NCBI GenBank assembly: GCA_951406725.2
Contig: OX597821.1
Coordinates: 115,134,001-115,198,000, forward strand
Source of the DNA: Octopus vulgaris
Lineage: Eukaryota
Length of the DNA stretch: 64,000 nucleotides
Reading direction: 5' to 3'
Of this stretch, positions 1 through 12,900 are shown piece by piece. Under the pieces are notes generated by a model. That model did not search any database. It saw only the letters and a program-made list of their open reading frames with translations, and was not told the origin of the DNA. Numbering within the stretch: the stretch's first letter is position 1; every line of letters starts with the position of its first letter. The position numbers and the translations under genes were made by a program.

Positions 1-1645
1 AACGCCAATACTTCTTTTTTACCCCACCTTTTTGTTAAAGTCTGTCACTTATTCTATCAGTCACTTTTCCATGAATCGGTAAGTTAGGAAGACATAAACA
101 AACCAACATAGGTTGCCTGGCAGTGGAGGAGAGACAAACACGATCACACACACATGCACACACACACACACACATGTTCTCTCTGTGTCTCTCAGATTTA
201 TTATGAAACATGTAAGTGAATTTGTTGTAGCAAAACAACAATCTACATTCAACTGGTTTCCCCTCTACTCTCCATACAGTCACCTCAACTCCCCGTACAA
301 TCACCTCTAAGAATCATTCCCACTTCTGCAGTTTACATGTTGAAGCTGCAAGTATGATGACTCATGCAGATTTTATCTGGAACAGAAACTCTCACCTGTT
401 TTTAGAGACAACAAGCTTTCAGGTAAAATGTTCAACCTCTATTGAACATTACTAGAGATTGATTGATTTCTCAGTTCCTACCCTCTCCACACTTTTTTTT
501 TTATTTTAAAATATACTTTTATGAAATTAGTAAGGCAATAATTCCAATCAATAATTGATATATTTTCAATTGGCTTTCTTTGTTAATTACCCCAATGAGC
601 TATGTTTTCTGATTTCATTGTAATCAAAGTTCCCTAATTTTCTCTTTTCTCTTTCTTTCCTTCATAATCTGCTGAACAATTTTATGAATTTATTTTTCTT
701 CTCCTGGGTCCACAAAAATATTCTTCATACACAAATGCTGATTTTATCTACAAATAGAAAGCACATAGAAATAGAATTGAAAGAAAATTCCTTGCATGCT
801 TATTTAAAACAAGGGATAAGATCGGCGTTAATGAAACTAAAATCAAAATTGTTTACTAATTAAATGAAAATATTGGAATGACTTCAGTGGCATTAGTAGT
901 GGGGTGTGTGGTAGTAGTAGTGGTGGTGGTGGTGGTGGTAGTAGTAGTAGTGGTAGGTATGGTGATGGCAATGGTGGTGGTGGGGGTGCCAGTGGTGGTA
1001 GTCATGATGGTGGTATGGTGGTGGTGCTGCTGCTGACAGTGTTGGCAACAGCAGCAGCAGTAACAACAACCACCCCCACAAACAAACAAAGCCTCCCCTC
1101 CATCTTAAACAGTGACAAAAGTTCAAGAATTTTTTTTTTTAGAGAATGGAACCACTTTTTTTCTGTGAGAGAGTTCTTTACCAACCATATTGGTGTCGCT
1201 GTTAGCAGACAAGTGTGCCAGGAATCTCAATCCTTCACCAAGCAGTAGAACTGTTTGTTAAAGCATAGCAGCTTTGATATGCGATATTCCAAGTTAATCT
1301 GCACCTGTAATATCGTTTACAGGTTGGCACCAATCAAATTCTAATCATGTCATTGTGTTCCAGGCTGGTTTTGGTCATTCCAATCTAAATTTATCATCAG
1401 TGCACTTCGACACTTCGTTATTGTTATTGTTGATTAATTGATAAGAGACATTGTTTTGTGTGTTGTTTGTAGTTTTGAAGGATAAAATAAAACAATAACA
1501 CAAAAGAGAAACATAAAAATAAATAAAACAAATATACCTGAAAATATACCTGTATTTATAGGTACAGGTGTGACAGTGTGGTTAAGAAGTTTGTTTTGTA
1601 ACCACTTGGTTTGGGGTTCAATACTACTGTGCAGCATCTTCAGCA

Positions 1646-2013
1646 GTGGAGGCGCAATGGCCCAGTGGTTAGGGCAGCGAACTCGCGGTCGGAGGATTGC
1701 GGTTTCAGTTCCCAGACCGGGCATTGTGTGTGTTTATTGAGCGAAAGCACCTAAAGCTCCACGAGGGTGGTAGCAACCCCTGTTGTACTCTTTCGCCCCA
1801 ACTTACTCTCACTCTTTTTTCCTGTTTCTTGTCCCCGACTTCCTACACAACCACTGAGCCTGGATGCACATTCATCCATCTGTCGATGCTCTTGGTGTCG
1901 GGGGTTCACGTGCTTTCTCTTCTCCAGGTCTTACGAATAGCAAAGGACCATGTTTCGGACTTCTCCCACTACAGTGGAACAAAGACCACTTCGCTCAACA
2001 GACAATCAAACAA
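1646..2013 (+). mobile_element. Third tRNA-derived SINE, nested in an OR-like SINE
   Basis: Head GGCGCAATGGCCCAGTGGTTAGGGCAGCG..GGTTTCAGTTCCC; (CAAA)-like tail; 13-bp TSD AGCATCTTCAGCA at 1633-1645 and 2014-2026. Confidence 0.85.
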
Positions 2014-2147
2014 AGCATCTTCAGCAAATGTTTTCTACTAGAGCCCCAGGTGGACCAATGCCATGTGAGTGAATTTGGTAGACAGAAACGGAAACTGTGT
2101 GGAAGCCCAACACTGACGTATATAATAACTGATAAGGACAGAAGCAG

Positions 2148-2410
2148 TCATCATCATCGTTTAATGTCTGTTTTCCATGCTGGCATGGGTTGGACGGTTT
2201 GACTGAGGACTGGCAAGTTGGGAGGCTGCACCAGTCTCCATTCTGTTCTGGCAAGGTTTCTACAGCTTGATGCCCTTCCTAATGCCAACCACTCCAAGAG
2301 TGTAGTGGCTGCTTCTTACGTGCCACTGGTACAGGTGCCAGTCAGGCGGCACTGGCATCAACCACACTCATTTGGTGCTTTTTATGTTCCACCAGCTCAG
2401 TGGGCGGGGG
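2148..2410 (-). mobile_element. RTE 3' tail (representative of many short copies, e.g. ~3000-3178, 12245-12608, 13876-14122, 23943-24198, 25238-25520, 29072-29328, 31003-31105, 40997-41380, 48321-48467, 48575-48860, 52441-52775, 57105-57365, 61110-61297)
   Basis: Each has (CAT)n-CGTTTAA..TTTCCATGCTGGCATGGGTTGGACGG..CTACAGCTGGATGCCCTTCCTAATGCCAACCAC or its complement, matching the LINE 3' end. Coordinates are approximate. Confidence 0.85.
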
Positions 2411-4019
2411 GTCAGGCAGCATCAATTTAACACACACACACATACTGAAATTCTTGCAGTCTTTGACCACCAAATCCAGCCTTGGGCTATATTAGAAGGC
2501 CTCCAAGGTGTGTGGCACCATAGGATTGAACCAGAGATGTTACAGTTTTTAACCCCACCGACACTTAGCAAGACAAGTCAAGTTTTGAAACTAGAAATGA
2601 GGTCCAACACAAATTCACATCAAGATTTTACGATACTTTACCATCAAAGTTGAGTCACAGAATCAATAAGGATTATTAGTCTTATACCAATATGGTTCCT
2701 CTATTGATAATATAGAACCATCAGCCTTTGAAATAAATTGAATACAATATTAATGTGGGGGGTTTGTGCTAGAATACTGGACACTGCATTACTTACCTTG
2801 AGAGAAAAATCTCATAAGGAATTGTGGCAAATAAAAGCACACAATCTGTTAATGATATGGTTTTTAGTGCCTTTATGCACCATGAGTGTTTATGAGAGGT
2901 TCTCTCGGGGTAAATAATGCAGTATTTCATATTCTAACAAAACTTCAATTTAAGTTATGTCCTGCTTGAGAAAAAGACCCAATAAACCTAGCAAAATTGC
3001 AGTCACGGCAGATACCAGTGTCATGCAAATGGCACCTGTGCCAGTGGTATGTAAAAGCACCCATTACGCTCTCGGAGTGGTTGACGCTAGGAAGGGCATC
3101 CAGCTGTAGAAACTACCATCCCTGGTCAAACCATCCAACAGATACCAGCTTGGACAACAGACGTTAAATGATGATGATGTGTGTGTTTGTCCCCGCTTTT
3201 GACAATTGGTGTTTGTTTGTTTCTGTCCATGTAACTTAGTGGTTTGCCAAAAGAAACTGATAAAATAATTATCAGGCTTAAAACAAGTATTGGGGGTCAA
3301 TGTGTTTGACTACACCCTCCAAGTTGGTGCCCCAGCATGGCTACTGTACTACAACTGTAGCAAGTAAAAGGTTAAAGATATTTCTCTAATGTAAGATAAT
3401 GTTTATTTATGTAGATATTTCTATTGGTTTTTGTGGGTGTTTTTTTTTTTTATTCATTTCTTCTCCTCTGCAGTTGGTTTGTTTTTTTACAGCTCTTCAC
3501 TGATATGAAAAGAACTTGTTTGTGAGTGAAGTGGTTGGTGAAACCAAGGAGAAAGATTTAATGGTAGAGAGAGAGAGAGAGAGAGAGAGACGGAGGGTGG
3601 GGTGAGGTGCCTGGTTGGATACCTACCAGATGCTAACAGTGCAACCAATGAGATGCTCATCTTTTTAAGTTCTGCTTTTCTCATGGTTGTCCCAAAAGTA
3701 ACCCTCATCCATTTCCTCTCTGCCTTTTGTTTCTCTCTCTCTCTCTTTCTCTCTCTCACTCTCTCACTCTCAGAGAGAATGTGTTTGCTGCCAGCAGCTG
3801 ATATGAGCAGACTAGTTCATTTATTTATAGTGATGGGGGCATGGCATTTTTTACTTGCTATCAAAATATATAGTTTATTATCAACTTGAGGTGCTCATAC
3901 AGTTTCTCTGTGAAGGTTTAGTCTTCTCTCTCTCTCGTTCTCTGTCTCTTGGATTCTTAGCTAAACTGGCTGCTCTGATTTCCAATAGGATTTCAATCAG
4001 GGATAAAAGATATGACTGG

Positions 4020-4143
4020 ATGTATAACAACAACAATTCTTCAACTCGAGAAAATCAGAATTGTGGCGTCACTGCCACTCTTCTTGTTAAGAATTTTCTT
4101 CCTGGTTATGGCACACTTGTGGATATCACTGCTCCACACAAGG
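4020..4143 (+). CDS. Candidate upstream first coding exon of dystrobrevin (MYNNNNSSTRENQNCGVTATLLVKNFLPGYGTLVDITAPHK + G)
   Basis: TE-free block behind (GA)n/(CT)n tracts; ATG at 4020. A possible donor G|GTCTGT after 4143 is phase 1, which reads in frame into the stop-free 5' part of the 34098 exon (G-HLAASDDSR-M). The donor is weak and no homology was recognised. Confidence 0.3.
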
Positions 4144-4761
4144 GTCTGTAATACATTATTTTAATTACATTATTTTTTGGTGGGGTGGGGAGGTCTTAAT
4201 TCCTTTATTCTGCTTCCTTATCAACTCATAGAAAATAGATTCTTAAAAATCAGCTTTATTGTTTACGTAATAAATTATATAACATGTTAGCGAAACAAAT
4301 AGACAGGTAGGGATAAATGACATCAGAGTTGGTTTGTTTTGGAAAATCTTTTCTTTATAAACAAATTCTGAGATTCACCAAAATTTTCATATTTTTTTCA
4401 TGTACTTTTCATTTTTTTTTTGTTTGTTTTACTTTCCAAAGGAAGAAATGCTTTTGTTTTATTTAATTCAGGAATTGTTTAGTTGAATACAATAGATTAG
4501 TCTTCTGTAGAATCAGCACAAATAAAGCAGTTCTTCTACAGACAAGATACAATCAAGATTCTTTGATAATTTCTTGGCAAAAGTCTGAATATTCTTATAA
4601 CTTCTGAATTCCTCTGAGCTAAAAGCTTAATTCTCTGTTTCTATATATGTGTGTGTGTGTGTGTTTATATATGTGTATATATATTTCTATAATATATATA
4701 TATATATATATATTGTTCATGTTTGTTTTTACGTTCAATTATAATAAAAACAATTTTACAT

Positions 4762-4809
4762 TAATCTGATGAGTTACTCTATCCTTTTTAGAGTATGAAT
4801 TTATCATTA
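4762..4809 (+). ncRNA. Degenerate hammerhead-like motif
   Basis: UAAU-CUGAUGA-GU-UACUCU-(9 nt)-AGAGUA-U-GAAU-UUAUC-AUUA: stems I and II pair but the GAAA core is mutated. Confidence 0.4.
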
Positions 4810-4921
4810 TTGATAGTGACTTCGAAGTTTCAGCCAGTTAAGCCATCATGTGACGATGGTTTAGCTGACCGAAACTTCAATAGCTTTGTTGGTTGAAACT
4901 TCGAAGTCACTATCAGTAATA
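4806..4921. repeat. Nested inverted repeat (~31-bp outer arms with an internal hairpin) in a (TA)n-flanked insert
   Basis: ATTATTGATAGTGACTTCGAAGTTTCAGCCA ... TGGTTGAAACTTCGAAGTCACTATCAGTAAT; inner CAGTTAAGCCATC/GATGGTTTAGCTG. Confidence 0.85.
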
Positions 4922-5346
4922 TTCTTGTATAAGAATAATAAATATATAGATATATATGTATGTGTATAAATGTATAAATCTTTCTTAAAACAACTTTAAA
5001 AAACATTTTATATCAAGATTGTTGACTTATTAATCTTGTAAAGGCGAGTGTTCTATGGATGTAATTTAGCTTTTCAAAATAATCATAAGATTAGCAAAAA
5101 TTTTTTGTTTTTTTATGAAATATTTTTTTTAATACAAAAACCAGTTAATTGCAAAGTTTTCGTCTGTGAAGTTTTTGTGTTAGATATAATTATATTTTAT
5201 AAAATATTTTTTTATTTAGTCTGTTGTAGTTTTACAGGCCATATCGTTTCATTACTTTCAGTGCACTTTTAAGATAGAAAAGCAAAACAAAGCACTTTCA
5301 TATTGGTTAGCTTTTAGAAATGTCTTGAGAAATTCTTGCTTTTTCT

Positions 5347-5390
<44 letters not shown>

Positions 5391-7515
5391 CACAAACAAA
5401 ACGATTAAATAAAAAGTGAATCTTTACAAAAGATACCAATTGCTAAAGTGAATTCTTCAAAAAATAAAGAAAACAAAACGACTGTCTAATGTATTGTGAA
5501 ACATGCAAAAAAAAAGAAAAAAAAATCTAAGAAAAGATTTAACAAATTGAAGAAATTCCATTGGCAAAACTGTTAGAGTTGCAGAGAAAATGGTTTTTAT
5601 CACATTTGCTCCCACGTATAAGTTCAAATCCTACCAGTGTTCAATTTGCCTTTCAAAGTTCTGGGACTGATAAAAATACAGCCCTTGCATCAGTTGTGTG
5701 CCATAATAGGCTAACACTCCCCTCCTCCCTCCTCCTCATTTGCCCTTGTTATTATGTCCTAATTTATGGAGGAGCATTTGTTTGAAATACTTTAGTCTTG
5801 TTTCTCCATGCTTTTTTATTCTAGCAAAGATATGCTTCTCTTTACATTTATGTTCAATAAAAGTCTGCTGACAAATGCCGGCCGGCCGGCAGAACGACAT
5901 TTGACATGCATAAATTGTCATCTGATGAACCGCCAAAAATTCTGTGACCTTTCCGTAAAGAGGAAGTTTTTAAGTGACAATCTCCTGGATGATGTCACCC
6001 CCGCCAAAAGAAAACAAAAACTGCTGAACCAGTTCTTTCTTTTAGAATGCTGATATTGTCAGACTTAGTCGATAAGAACATTTGCTGAATATCTGTGTCT
6101 TCTATCTGCTTCCATTGCTGTTGTTTGGCACCGAAACATATCCTTCAAATGCACAATCTCAGTGTTTCTCAAAGCTTATTTAGCTCTGCAACATTTACAC
6201 AATTTCCCAAGAATTACAGAACACACAACTATAATTTATGGAAAGCTTCCACCTCTACCAACAACAACAAGAACAACAACGTTACCCTAATTTTAATAAG
6301 ACATTAAATGAAATAAAAGTTTTAGAGAGAAGTTATTTCTAGAAAGAAAATGTCTAATCATCATCATCATCATCATCATTTCCACTTTTCCATGAATCAA
6401 ATAGAATTTATTGAGGTTTTTCTATGGCTAAATGACCTTCTTGTTGCTAAACTTCACTTGTTTCCAAGTAAGGGGATATTTCTCCAGAGCTGGGCAGTGA
6501 GGATGATAAAGAAGGAAGGGTTTTGATAATCTGGGTTCTGTGAAACCTTAGAAGAAAATCTTGTTAATATTGGTCCTGAATAAGGCAGCAAGCTGGCAGC
6601 ATTGTTACTGCTTAGCAATATTTCATCTGTTTCTACGTTCTGAGTTCAAATTCTGCCAAGGTTAACATTGACTTTCATCCTCTTGGCATTGATAAAATAA
6701 GAACCAGTTGAGCACAGGGGTTGATGTATTCAACTAGGCCCCTCTCCCGAAATTGCTGACCATGTGCCAAAATGTGAAACCAGTTTTAGTCCTGAATAAA
6801 GCAGGGAGCTGATAGAATCATGGCTATGTCAAACAAAATGCTGACATTAGATTCTGAGTTCAAATGTTGCTTAGGTCTTTCAACTTTGCTTTTCATCTTT
6901 TTGTGGTTGATAAAATAAGTACTTGAGGTTGATGTAATCAAATTCTGTCCTTCCCTGAAATTGCTGGCCTTGTGCCGAAGTTTGAAACCAATGTTGCTTC
7001 TGAATGTTACTGTGGAAGTCTTCTTCATGGAATCTGATGAGACAGAACAAAAATTTTGATCTTCTTTTATGGCTGTATGTTATATAAGCTGGAATATATT
7101 TGGCATGTTGGCTTCAGATTGGATTTATATCTCCCAGACAGATTTGTAGCAGAAATCTGTAATTAGAATTTGAAATAGATTTTAATTTTGTTACTTGATA
7201 AATAGTAGTTCAATGATGTGAGAGAAAAATTTTGAAGTTTATTTGTTTTTAAAGCCAGAATAATTCTGTGAATAGATACAAAAGATTTCTTTGAGCTCGC
7301 TCTAATAAATTTAAGCAGAAATAATTTGTTATCAGTTGTTGGGTTAATCTGCTATCTGTTTATATTTAGTCTTTTTTTAGTCACCTTGCTTCCCAACCAC
7401 ATGGCTTCAGGTTCAGTCCCACTGCACAGCACCTTGGGCAAGTGTTTTCTACTATAACCTGAAGCAGACCAATCCCTTGTGAGTAAACTTGGTAGATGGA
7501 AACTACATGGAAGCC

Positions 7516-7573
<58 letters not shown>

Positions 7574-7604
7574 ATCATTTTTTTACAAGAATAGCATTGA
7601 CAGT

Positions 7605-7980
7605 GACTTGAAGTAATTGGATGGAGTTTGATTTTTGTGACAGAACAGTCTTAAACATGTCTTGGAGAACTCCTACCACCAAGAAAGCAGCTGAATGGAG
7701 ATCTCCTGCCTGTGTCAACCATTATAAGGGAAAGACACTGGCACTTTGTGGGATATTGCTGGTAAGGGAAACAAGAGCTGGCAATGGATGCCAGCCAAAG
7801 CATGGCCATGGTTGAGCAGGACGTCTGAACACAATGCCTGTAGACCAACTCATCAGAGACATTAGATGCCCCCACCCCCCACCCAAGACCTCCCTCAACT
7901 AATGCAGGACTGAGATGGATGGTATCCATGGATTAAAAATATCCAAGTAAGCTCAACCACATGATGATGATGATGATGAT
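7605..7980 (+). mobile_element. Old RTE-like LINE 3' fragment of a different family
   Basis: Frameshifted RTVLNMSW..PTKKQL.GDLLPVSTIIRERHWHFVGYCW..KQELA..QPKHGH..GR..VDQLIRD; ends in (GAT)n. A further decayed RTE C-terminus is at ~57380-57520. Confidence 0.65.
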
Positions 7981-8681
7981 ATGAGTCTGTTAAGAATTGT
8001 TTTTACAAGACATGCACTGATATAAACTATTGACCTGTTGGTTAATAATCTCCCCCCCCTCTCCCTCTCTCTCTCTGGATTCCTCTACAGTTTCTCTCTA
8101 TAAACTCCAGTACGTCTGTTTTAGCTTTGCTTTTATATACTCTGATTTTGCTGTATGTGAATCTATGCCAAAAGCCAGTTATTTATTATTGACTTATGAA
8201 AGACAAAATCAATGAAATGTTTTATATTTGAATTCAGTAATAATAAGTCTTGTTTCAAATGAGCAAAGATTAAAAGGAAGAATTGTCTGGGGTATGGCTG
8301 TGTGGTTAAGAAGCCTGCTTCCCAAACATGTGGTCTTGAGTTCAGTCCCACTGCATGGCAACTTGGACAAGGGTCGTCTAATGAACCAACCAAAGCCTTG
8401 TGAGTGAATTCGGTTGATGGAAACTGAAAGAAGCCCATCATGTGTGTATGTGTATAGTAAGAAGTTTGCTTCTCGACCACATGGTTCTGAGTTCAGTTCC
8501 ACTGCATAGCACCTTCAGCAAGTATCTTTTACTCTAGCCCCTGGTTGACCAAAGCTTTTTCAGTGGATTTGGTAGACAGATACTGAAAGAAGTCTGTTGC
8601 TCATATGTATATATATATATATTATTAGTGAATTGAAGAAATGGAGTTGAACGAAGATTGGACAGAAATCCTTTTATTGCA

Positions 8682-8761
8682 TTCTACACGTGTTTCGAAA
8701 GCCACAATTTACCAAATTCCGATTGAATAAGGAGACCATATTGTGTCTTTCTCTTCAGGAA
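8682..8761 (-). ncRNA. Type I hammerhead ribozyme, core intact
   Basis: The minus strand reads UUC-CUGAAGA-GAAAGACACAAU..loop..AUUGUGGCUUUC-GAAAC-ACGU-GUA-GAA. Stem II has 11/12 bp, the stem III loop is palindromic, and stem I is 3 bp. It lies in a ~370-bp insert between (TA)n tracts. Confidence 0.8.
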
Positions 8762-8990
8762 GAAATAGGAATTCCGTTGGCAGAACAAAAACAGAACAGA
8801 GGCGCAGCAAAACAAATCGAACGAGGAGGCTCCTAAGAGCCCATGGCCAAACTCAACGCATGGTTGCAACACCATATGGTTGTACCTCCAACCGTACTTT
8901 CTTCTGCTGTGATTTTTGCTACCAAGGTATCGGTTAAACTTTTGATTAATCTGCAACAAGATTATTCATCTTTCTATTTCACCAAACAAA

Positions 8991-9052
<62 letters not shown>

Positions 9053-9057
9053 TTATT

Positions 9058-9088
<31 letters not shown>

Positions 9089-9093
9089 TTATT

Positions 9094-9205
<112 letters not shown>

Positions 9206-9928
9206 ACGTGGCCGTAGTCAGTACTGCACCAACTGGCCTCCATGCTGTGGGCACGTAACAATCACCATCCAATCGTGGCCGATCGCCAGCCTAATCTGGC
9301 TCCTGTGTCGGTGGCACATAAAAAAACACCATCCGAGCGTGGTCGTCTGCTAGCCTTGTCTGGCACTTGTGTCGGTGGCACATAAAAACACCATCCGAGC
9401 GTGGCCGTTCGCCAGCCTCGTCTGGCACCTGTGTCGGTGGCACATAAAAAAAAACACCATCCGAGCGTGGTCGTCTGCTAGCCTTGTCTGGCACCTGTGT
9501 CGGTGGCACATAAAAACACCATCCGAGCGTGGCCGTTCGCCAGCCTCGTCTGGCACCTGTGTCGGTGGCACATAAAAACACCATCTGAGCGTGGTCGTCT
9601 GCTAGCCTTGTCTGGCACCTGTGTCGGTGGCACATAAAAACACCATCCGAGCGTGGCCGTTCGCCAGCTTCGTCTGGCACCTGTGTCGGTGGCACATAAA
9701 AACACCATCCGAGCGTGGCCGTTCGCCAGCCTCGTCTGGCACCTGTGTCAGTGGCACATAAAATCACCCACTACACTCTTGGAGTGGTTGGCGTTAGGAA
9801 GGGCATCCAGCTGTTGAAACACTGCCAGATCTGACTGGCCTGGTGCAGCCTTCGGGCTCCCCAGACCCCAGTTGAACCGTCCACCCATGCTAGCATGGAA
9901 AGCGGACGTTAAATGATGATGATGATGA
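9206..9928 (+). mobile_element. 5'-truncated RTE 3' UTR copy with an expanded array of eight ~62-bp repeats, in (TA)n
   Basis: Near-identical to 28510-28918 but with more repeat units; (GAT)n tail; (TA)n flanks. Confidence 0.92.
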
Positions 9929-12900
9929 TATATATATATATATCATTGCTATTATGTTAAACTGTCATATGTCCAAATTTGGCCAAATGCGTTTTTTTTT
10001 TCAATATTTCTTTTTGCTTGCGATAGCTGGTTCTTTTGGTCAAACTATTGTATCTCCAGCTGCTTCAGATGCCAAGATATCAAAAATTATCAAAGTGTAG
10101 TACAGCGGTCTTGCTATGGAATGATGAAACTATTTTTCCGTTTTCTGAAAAAGCTACACCATACAACATCATACAAGGGGTGTTGTTCATTTGCTGTCTT
10201 TTGTGGAAAACACATGTTCAGCCCTGGGGAAATAGTATCTTTCTTGGAAACAGGTGAAGGTTGGTGACAGGAAGGACATCCAGCTGTGCAAACATTGAGA
10301 AGTGGACATTAGCCCTTTTGCATTTAATCTTGCCATATCTGCCCCAAAATATTCTTTTGGTTTTATGTTCAAACCAGCCAGATCCAGCTTCTCACACCTA
10401 CCCTACAATGTCATTCTAAAAATAAACAATCACATCATTGAAATCTTAAAGCTATAAGGTAATGCATGATTAGTTCAACACAATGTGAATAAATAAGAAT
10501 AGCATTTGAGAGAGTAAGGTGAATGTTAAAAGGGTTAACAGATGGCCCCTTGTCAATTTAGACAAAAAATATTTCAGTTGATTTTTTTTTTGACTGAAAT
10601 ATTTATTCATTGAATTATAAACGAAGTGGTTGAGTATTCCGTGGACATGTGTCCCCTTACTTTAATTCTAGCATTGATGTGGGGGCTGGGATCACATAAC
10701 AAGCACTGCTGATGGTACCACGTAAAAAGCACCCAGTACACTCTGTAAAGTGGTTGGCATTAGGAAGGGCATCCAGCTGTAGAAACCAAACCGAAACAAA
10801 CTGTGGAACCTGATGTGGCCCCTGGCCTTGCCAGTCCTGTCAGGCTGTCCAATCCATGCAAGCCTGGAAAAGGGTTGTTATGTGTTAATGACGAGGAATC
10901 TTGTTACATTGAGTTACAAGACTGGATCTTTGAATTATAGGAAGAATTAACCAGGTGACAGATTACCATTTAATCAATTCCACTCACAAAGTTTTGAATT
11001 GACCTGAGACTATGACATAGAAATTTGTCCAAGGTACCACGTAGTGGAATTGAACCTGAAAACTAACTAATTTGCAAAGTGGACATCTTAACTACACCCC
11101 AGCACCTGTGTTTGTGTAGTCTTTTAACAAAGGTGGCTGGTTTATTGATCAGGGTGTCACACTCACAATCGCAAGAGCATGATTGTGATTCCCAAAGTTG
11201 GTGGCGCTTTGTGTTCTTGAGAAAACCATTTCATTTCACATTGCTCCAGTTTCATTTTGGACAGTTGCGATCTCAGTCAATATTCCATGCCAAATGGGTA
11301 ACCAGCTCTTTGAGTCATTGAATTTGAGACAATAATGTGCAGGAGATGATGATGATGATGATGATACACACATTTTTTCATCATAATTAATTTTTCTACA
11401 ATTCCAGGTTTCCATACATGCCTACATCTCTCTGCATCCAGATTTTCATGCATAACCTACTTTCGTATACTTCCAGGTTTCCGTATTTTACTTAATCTCA
11501 TCTATGAAATCTAATTTTCTTTGGTTCTTATCAACAAATTTTCTTTCATTTCTGTTTGCTCCACCTTGTGTCTCTTGCCAGTCTTTACATTTTTTTACAA
11601 CCCCCACCCCCTCCCAATCATTGGGTGTGTGTCTTTCATGTTTTTTGCCAATTCTAGTTTTTTTTGGAGTTTTTTTTTCCTCACTCTCTTCGTCTAATAA
11701 TATTCATGTTTTTTCAGGGCAGTAAGTTCTTACTGAACTGATTATGATTATCATTGTTGTTAGGTTCTGAGTTCATGTCATCGACCTGGCCCCTGCCCCC
11801 AAATTGCAGGCTTTGTGCCTTTAGTAGAAAGGATTGTTATTATTATTATAAAAAAAGATGCCTGTGTATTTGTAAGCATGTGTGTGCTTCTCACTAACGT
11901 ATATTCTCATCCTCGTATAATGTTCATTTTCCATGGTTGGACACTGACAGGATCCAGGGCCAAACTCCACTGCCAGCTTTGGCCACATTTTCTATGGCTG
12001 GAAGCCCTTCCTAATGCCAATGCCACCAGCACTAGAGGGGTCGCCAAGTAAGTTGCAACCCAGGTTTAATCTATAATCATTTAAAAGAGTTGTTGGTGTT
12101 GAATAGAATACATATGGTATTTGTTCTGCCTGACTGTGATCTACATTTAAAGCCTGCTGTGGTCTACATGGAGTGGTGGACTTAATCCATTGCCCAGTTT
12201 AACACCTTTACTCTATAGCACTTTTGCTGCTTTTTGTGGATCCTGTGCTGGTGCCATGTAAAAAGCACTCAGTATGCTGTAAAGTGGTTGATGTTAGGAA
12301 GGACATCCAGCTATAGAAACCATGCCAAAACAGACAATAGCATGGAGAATACTGGGTGGGAAAAACTGATGGCCCATAGGAGCTGGGTGTAAAATACTGT
12401 ATTGTATGAATATCAATGTATATAATGATGTATATGTATGGATGTGTGTATAATATTGAATTGTATAATATCAATATACAGGTACAACAATGAATATATA
12501 TAAATAAATATATAGAGTCAGGTGCAGCACTTTCACTTGCCAGTTCCTTGTCAAACCATCCAACCCATGCCAGCATGGAAAACATGTTAAATGACAATAA
12601 TGATGATGACCTTATTGCTAGGTTTAAGAATACCTCCCACCCAATTGGTTTGGGGGCCCTATAAAGGGTCATAGGCATTGCATGAATTTGAACAACAGAG
12701 AACAAGAAAGGTGTACTAAATGCTAAGTCAACAACATAGAGTGTTCAGCTGCCATATAAAGCAGTCTGCAATGCAGCTGTTACCATGGAGGATAGCTTAA
12801 TTTTCATGTTTGTCTTTCATCAGGTATCATTAAGCAAACAGCAAATAATTTATGAAGAATGCAGCATGAATAAAAGCTTGTTATGTGTGTACATACACAC

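Noticed and set aside
9270-9770. CRISPR-like appearance of regularly spaced repeats (also 51770-52115 and 61820-62130)
   Set aside because: The 'spacers' are themselves homologous, the arrays are part of an RTE 3' UTR in a eukaryotic genome, and no cas genes are present.
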